Made by a program: the position numbers and the translations under genes. Below, one piece after another: positions 61,901 through 64,000 of a stretch of 64,000 nt of DNA (the stretch's first letter is position 1; every line of letters starts with the position of its first letter). A model generated the notes under the pieces. The model saw only the letters and a program-made list of their open reading frames with translations, did no database searches and was not told the origin of the DNA. The stretch is from a virus (lineage: Duplodnaviria; Caudoviricetes). The stretch lies in IMG/VR virus record IMGVR_UViG_3300022591_000002; one strand, written 5' to 3'.

Positions 61901-64000
61901 ACAAACAGGCGGCGGTGACGTTAACAACCCAACATACTTTACAATCTATGTAGCAGGTAATGCTTACTACACAGTTCTAAGTTCTGTTTCAGCTCCTGAT
62001 CCTATTACTCCAGGACAGTCATTCATTAGTGCGGCTGTTGATTCAACTGGTAATGATCAAACAGCACAAGAAACTCAAGCAATTACATTTATTGCAAACT
62101 TAGCTGACAAAGTTGTTGCAAACACATTGGCAAACGCTTTACAAAATACAACTACACAAGTTACTCAACTAGCGTTGACTGGCGGTGCAAGTGCAATTCC
62201 AACAATGAACACATTGTTTGATACATTGACTGGTATTATTGTAAACGGTTTAGATACTGCTCCTAAGACAACTTCAAGAACCGGTGTACCTGTTACAGGT
62301 GCGGCAAGTGCGGCATCATTATTGCTACAAAACAAAGCATTCTTCCAAGCAGAAACATTGGCTTACTTAGACAGTCAATACTTTGTTTACGATCATAAAA
62401 CATGCCGTCGTGACTTGGGCTATATATTAGATGGCTTTGGATGGGACGTACTATATCAAAGTAACTACCAATCACGTAAAGTTGGTAATGCATATCAACG
62501 TCAAGCAAGTGCTTATGTATTAGCTTCTGAGAAGACACAAACTGTTGATGCTATTTCACACATTGCTTCGTTGGCAACAAACTTAGCTGGTGTAAGTAGT
62601 GTAGGTGAAGCTATTTCCAACATTACACAAGCTTCTACAAATATTCAAAATATTATCAACAATGGTACAAATGCACAGCCTACATTATCGTTGCCTGATT
62701 ATCCTGGTATTGATACAGGTATTAGTAGTGCAAAACAATTAATCTTACGTAACATAGACTTTATTCGTGAAGAAACTGTTGCATGGATTGATGCTACATA
62801 TCCATCGTTCACATACGATCAGGCAAAATGTACTAGAGACATTGGATACATTATTGATGCATTGTCTGCAGACATCTTAACAGGTTCTAACTATCGTGCA
62901 GTTAAAGCGGGCCAAGCATACTATAGAGGTAATGCTAACAACGTTCTAAATAACGAGCTAACAGAAACTGTTGCGTCATTTAATTACGTTAGAGATTTAG
63001 TTGAAGCATTGCCTGCGGTATCTGCAAGCTCAACAGCTACAACAAAAGTTATTAATGATATTGCAACCATTAACAATATTGTACAAAATGGCCTAAGCGT
63101 AAGCCCAACAGTAACATATCCATTACCAAGTGGTATTGATTCTGGTTATGCAAGTGCTAGCCAATTGATGCAAGGTAACTTGTCATTCATTCAAGCTGAG
63201 GTTGAAGGATACGTACACAGCACATTCGGTGGATTCACTTATAATCAACCTAAGTGCTATCGCGATACAGGTTTAATTGTTGATGCGATTGCACAAGATA
63301 TCTTATTTGGCGGAACAAGTCAAACAACATTTGCTGGTTTACAATATTGGAATCAAGCAGGTTACGTCGGTACTATTGCAAACGAGTTAACAACAACTAC
63401 TAACGCAATTAACTATGTTAAGAGCTTGGCACAGAAAGTTGTGTTAAATGACACAACAGGTATCCGTTATCAGTCTGGTGTAGCTCAAGTAACTAACTTA
63501 CCTGCCGCTACTAGCGCAGAACAAACTGCTATTGCTACTGACTTCAGTGTAATCACTACTATCTTAACTGGCGGTACTGCTGGTGTAACAGATATTATTG
63601 TTCCAAACGGTTTAACATCTAGCGCAGACGTAAACGTTCAACACGCATACGCTATCTTAGAAGCTAACAAAGCATACTTAAAAGCAGAAGCTGTTGCGTA
63701 TGTTGAAGCTACTAAGACTTCTGGCTTCACTTATGATCAAGCTAAGTGCGCTCGTGACGTAGGTTACATGGTTGACTCAGTTGCATTTGACTTGTTGTAT
63801 GGCGGTAATCGTCAAGCAGTTCAGTCAGGTGTTTACTATTATGGTTTCTCTAATAGTTCAAGTGCTATTCCAAATGAAAGTCAACAGACTATTCAGGCAT
63901 ACAACTATATTAAATCTATATTGCCAAACATCATTGCAGGAACTGCTGTAACAACATATCAAAGTACAGTTACTCAAGTAACTAACTTAACACCTGGTGC
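52923..64000 (+). CDS. Giant (>3690 aa, truncated by window end) virion protein: fibre-type N-terminus, split pectin-lyase-like beta-helix and at least 18 tandem phycobiliprotein-like C-x-R-D repeats
   Basis: Not in the ORF track. Hand translation from ATG 52923 (MAIGRITGPLLASNLLRDG...) shows no stop to 64000 (...QSTVTQVTNLTPG); AAGGAG SD 9 nt upstream. The ORF itself is secure; the domain labels come from motif recognition. Confidence 0.9.
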   Translation, partial: MAIGRITGPLLASNLLRDGIDLQVESGLLYLDVTNGRIGVKTQSPAYDLDVNGTLHANKLIVDTTSTLGLLQISRSVNSATISTISGPLNITPATNQTVFVGTNTTIGGNLHAIGNITADGNIILGSNQLVDTLALGAELVSSIIPKVNNTYDIGSTTSNWAHGYFNSIVAGGLGFAGNTITPTTPNTDINISPTGNGVTNVNSNIRVLGTNPLGTAPVTSNVLYVSMDGSDTNDGRAADPSRACRTISGATKSPYYQSGTSIKVAPGRYLEDNPIELKPYTSVIGSDLRTTDVEPINKTRDLFHVQSGCYVAQMRLLNGRSGLIPGGFGVSEYGYKIGNNRGAYATAFPNTQIIDLYHSPYIQNVSNQSGPWLYDGTMFIPNQTVQVPEAVGVASYVANTNTITVSLTTGTLYVGQAVNSGPQDEGYFAARTLLLANEAFIQEQVVAWTNQEYGGPFQYNATKCSRDTGLIIDGLALDALYAGTSQTVFSGLQYWNQTGYVGAIGGEVSTTTAAVQWISSLTSAIILGQAVPFTYQNTVTQTVVTNVGNSADVTTVQKDFKVITDIITTGTTAVTDKIIANGSITTATHTLNAYQALQSNKAFLQAEAIAWVEANKTIGFTYNQAKCSRDTGLIVDAIVQDMLFGGTSQSTFAGIQYWNQAGYVNTFANELSTTTAAISYIKDLAQRVVKNDLTGTRYQNSAPQITSPTPGTVAEAATVGAEFDVILNIINNGTVGVTDIIVPNSINASADVNVQHAYALLESNKTYLQAEAIAFVEATKTVGFTYDGVKCARDVGYMVDSVAFDLLYGGNRQAVQSGVYYYGYSNTSSAIPGEKAQTLNAYTHIRSIIADIVAGSPLSVTYQYAVPQVTNLTPATASEVTTLQSKLDVITTIINNGPTSAASPTSIPQTKSGNANILNAAALLEANRSFIRAETIAYINAQYAIYDQAKCLRDTGLIIDALAFDLLYPTATDSQSTFAGLQYWNQGDYVKPIGNEIITATNAVLFASKLAQKLVTNSTAGARYQSTVTQVTTLPAATTAEVGLVASDFGVVLDILNKGTVGVTDKIVPNTTASSTASILHAYNILNANRTYIQAETVAYVDAIRGTFPYNHAKCERDTRLIVDALVQDLLFQGSSQTVFSGLSYWNQAGYTGSIAGELSTTTNAINYVSSLAQKVILNDQTGVRYQSTVTQNVSFTPGTTSEKSAIGTDFALIVDIITNGTKDVTDRIVPNGITASGNNNITNSYNILQANKAYLIAEGVAYVEATKTSGFTYNGTKCQRDIGYMVDSVSFDLLYGGNRQAVQSGVYYYNFNGTTAIPGESAQVLAAYTHIKNILPSVIQGFSTSPYQTWEAQTTSGLGGSNSEVTYVQALVDTLENIIQSGPSQAPAEVPIGLTRSTNPNVINAATLLHSNREFIAQEVTAFIDATYSSNTFTYNEAKCKRDTGLIVDALAQDLYFGGTSQTTFAGIQYWNHTSLVGAIPSEINTTTAAISYVATLAQRIVLNDTTGIRYTTSTQVTNLSAPGTAAEAAVIANEFATILNILSTGTVGISDKIIPNGITPSTTARVLNAYALLEANKTYLEAEAVAFVEATKTSGFTYNQTKCARDVGFMVDSVAFDLKWGGNRQAVQSGVYYYGYSNSSSAIPNETTQVLDAYTYLSTLVGSIITATPVIPYQTDVTQVSNLPGATNAEVTTLQNNVSVIKNIIANGPLVASAPTSIPLVPSSNASVYNAVQLLEANKDFIKAELTAYINQKYNVFSYNEDKCFRDTGYIVDSIAFDILHGGNRQAIQSGVYYYGFSSTASAIPGEQANTIAAYNRIKAIIGPILLGQAINKSPGNPSTQQLGLPISSQLQITNLQSKVDKITNIINIGPSAAATPTPISLTISSDVNAQKAFNYLMANRTFIANEVVAYVNAQYGTAFEYDQAKCYRDIGYMIDCVSFDLLRGGNRQAIQAGTLYFGYSNTQTQVPNELTQTVMAYKYLSTVVSAVVQSQALTSFYQSEVPQVLNENAKSNIAVAAELTADIELMTRIISNGPTEAPALIPISLTPSSDTARANAYALLKANRDFIVAEIIAYVNTMPNFIYDQAKCRRDVGIIVENLAYDISFGGNAKAVESGLGYYRGVTSVIQGETTQTIGAINYINTLAQDVITNTVAPNLIGVTATNAQVINTALIGGGIASTALANGVDIITNIIQNGPSAAPESHIGSAVDPAFMSAEILLQLNRSFIQQEVISYINQSFLDFPYDSAKCQRDTGLIVDAVAFDMLYPGNQYSQSTFAGVQYWSQGTYTGSIGSELSTTTNAVGYLKSLAQKVILNDTSGARYQNNISQTTVAGAPGTQAEVTLIGADFDIIVEVINNYTVTGLPITDGIIPNGSALTDITINNAYALLVANRQYLQAETVAWVEANKTVGFTYDKAKCFRDAGYMVDSVAFDLLHGGNRQAVQSGVYYYSYTGGTTQIPNQKTQTVAAFNHVRDVAELLIRGQLVIPTVGNPLLPVSGLPVASASEVTLIQNIFANITNIITNGPSVAGTPNSISLTKSPNINIQRAFAILEANRAFLQKEMTAWVDYTYNSNGFNYNQEVCYRDTGLIVDAISQDILLGGNHKSIEAAVTYWVGAVSVIQGEITQTTAAYNYLATVAGNVVSNTTMTNTFSYAKQIVNPFYDGGIYAVPRINSLVAMMNNIIANGPSAAPDGYDGSGFFPVRFDPIIDNVNIAPVIASLTDNGDGTYNIGLTQNTVGAGTNYTMYFGQTSVYPVQDKDVPDEWAQRKIDPFGSMGGSLVDGAVISDRSPIQSFVYDAFTQINQGGVGIKITNNGYAQLVSVFTIFCGTSVITENGGICSITNSNANFGDYCLVSKGYGRLDFFGEIYNPPVLPYYPNGVYPSQQVVQVYCPDPNDRPHIGQIMEVVAPEGYINNQGLPGFLAANPNTSTITTGTVTIHGIDNTGIVIGQNVYVRDQYGNYTDIDGTYYCATGTVVADVGFQSLTLSKALQTGGGDVNNPTYFTIYVAGNAYYTVLSSVSAPDPITPGQSFISAAVDSTGNDQTAQETQAITFIANLADKVVANTLANALQNTTTQVTQLALTGGASAIPTMNTLFDTLTGIIVNGLDTAPKTTSRTGVPVTGAASAASLLLQNKAFFQAETLAYLDSQYFVYDHKTCRRDLGYILDGFGWDVLYQSNYQSRKVGNAYQRQASAYVLASEKTQTVDAISHIASLATNLAGVSSVGEAISNITQASTNIQNIINNGTNAQPTLSLPDYPGIDTGISSAKQLILRNIDFIREETVAWIDATYPSFTYDQAKCTRDIGYIIDALSADILTGSNYRAVKAGQAYYRGNANNVLNNELTETVASFNYVRDLVEALPAVSASSTATTKVINDIATINNIVQNGLSVSPTVTYPLPSGIDSGYASASQLMQGNLSFIQAEVEGYVHSTFGGFTYNQPKCYRDTGLIVDAIAQDILFGGTSQTTFAGLQYWNQAGYVGTIANELTTTTNAINYVKSLAQKVVLNDTTGIRYQSGVAQVTNLPAATSAEQTAIATDFSVITTILTGGTAGVTDIIVPNGLTSSADVNVQHAYAILEANKAYLKAEAVAYVEATKTSGFTYDQAKCARDVGYMVDSVAFDLLYGGNRQAVQSGVYYYGFSNSSSAIPNESQQTIQAYNYIKSILPNIIAGTAVTTYQSTVTQVTNLTPG
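54200..60990 (+). repeat. First array: 14 tandem ~160-169-aa helical repeats
   Basis: Motif Cys codons at 54315, 54804, 55296, 55776, 56268, 56760, 57246, 57738, 58221, 58710, 59196, 59676, 60183, 60675 (spacing 480-507 nt). Confidence 0.9.
62060..64000 (+). repeat. Second array: a half repeat plus at least 4 further repeats
   Basis: Motif Cys codons at 62403, 62829, 63255, 63747 (spacing 426, 426, 492 nt); continues beyond the window. Confidence 0.88.

Noticed and set aside
353-63000. Numerous 60-150-aa ORFs in the supplied track lying antisense to or out of frame within long genes (e.g. 353..535, 2358..2741, 5580..5999, 31362..31715, 54504..54692, 56695..57003)
   Set aside because: Shadow ORFs of strongly biased coding sequence; no SD or promoter context and no recognisable motifs. 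The real genes are the long ORFs, including the two edge-truncated ones the track omits.
54200-64000. CRISPR-like/TIGR-like array or DGR template-variable repeat pair suggested by periodic nucleotide repeats
   Set aside because: The repeats are in-frame coding units of 426-507 nt with synonymous variation; there are no spacers, no adenine-specific mismatch pattern and no reverse transcriptase in the window.
1-64000. Stop-codon reassignment as seen in some large phages
   Set aside because: The standard code yields near-complete coding density with 14-kb and 11-kb open frames; no fragmentation to explain.
1-64000. tRNA, tmRNA, rRNA, integrase or transposase genes
   Set aside because: No cloverleaf/T-loop signatures in the few intergenic gaps and no such protein motifs seen.
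54200-64000. Concluding that the host is a cyanobacterium because of the phycobiliprotein-like repeats
   Set aside because: No photosynthesis or bilin-synthesis genes occur in this window and the repeats are highly diverged virion domains; the host cannot be inferred from this segment.

Overview
A 64-kb, AT-rich, densely coding segment of a large myophage distantly related to T4 (jumbo-phage-like gene sizes). No host can be assigned from this window. From left to right: (i) a minus-strand tail/baseplate module (<1-32284) with two paralogous fibre-type proteins, a collagen/cupredoxin fibre, a 4719-aa giant baseplate-associated protein, and gp6-, gp25-, gp5(+GH19)-, hub-, gp53- and tube-initiator-like genes; (ii) a plus-strand gp55 late sigma / gp47 / gp46 / Hc1-like / GIY-YIG block followed by a ~440-nt non-coding, heavily base-paired region; (iii) a gp26-like/tail-chaperone pair with an in-frame -1 slippery site, divergent from a tape-measure gene; (iv) the head module (portal, core, protease, scaffold, major capsid), a GH19 endolysin and small virion genes; (v) a giant ORF absent from the supplied ORF track because it runs off the window end (52923->64000, >3690 aa, translated by hand with no stop). 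The most striking observation is in that last ORF. It carries 18 tandem ~142-169-aa helical repeats, each with an invariant C-x-R-D motif and flanking residue patterns resembling the bilin-binding globin core of phycocyanin/allophycocyanin subunits, and 14 of them sit inside a split pectin-lyase-like beta-helix. Second is the GIY-YIG gene plus adjacent large structured RNA-like element. Family assignments come from motif recognition from memory; no database searches were run.
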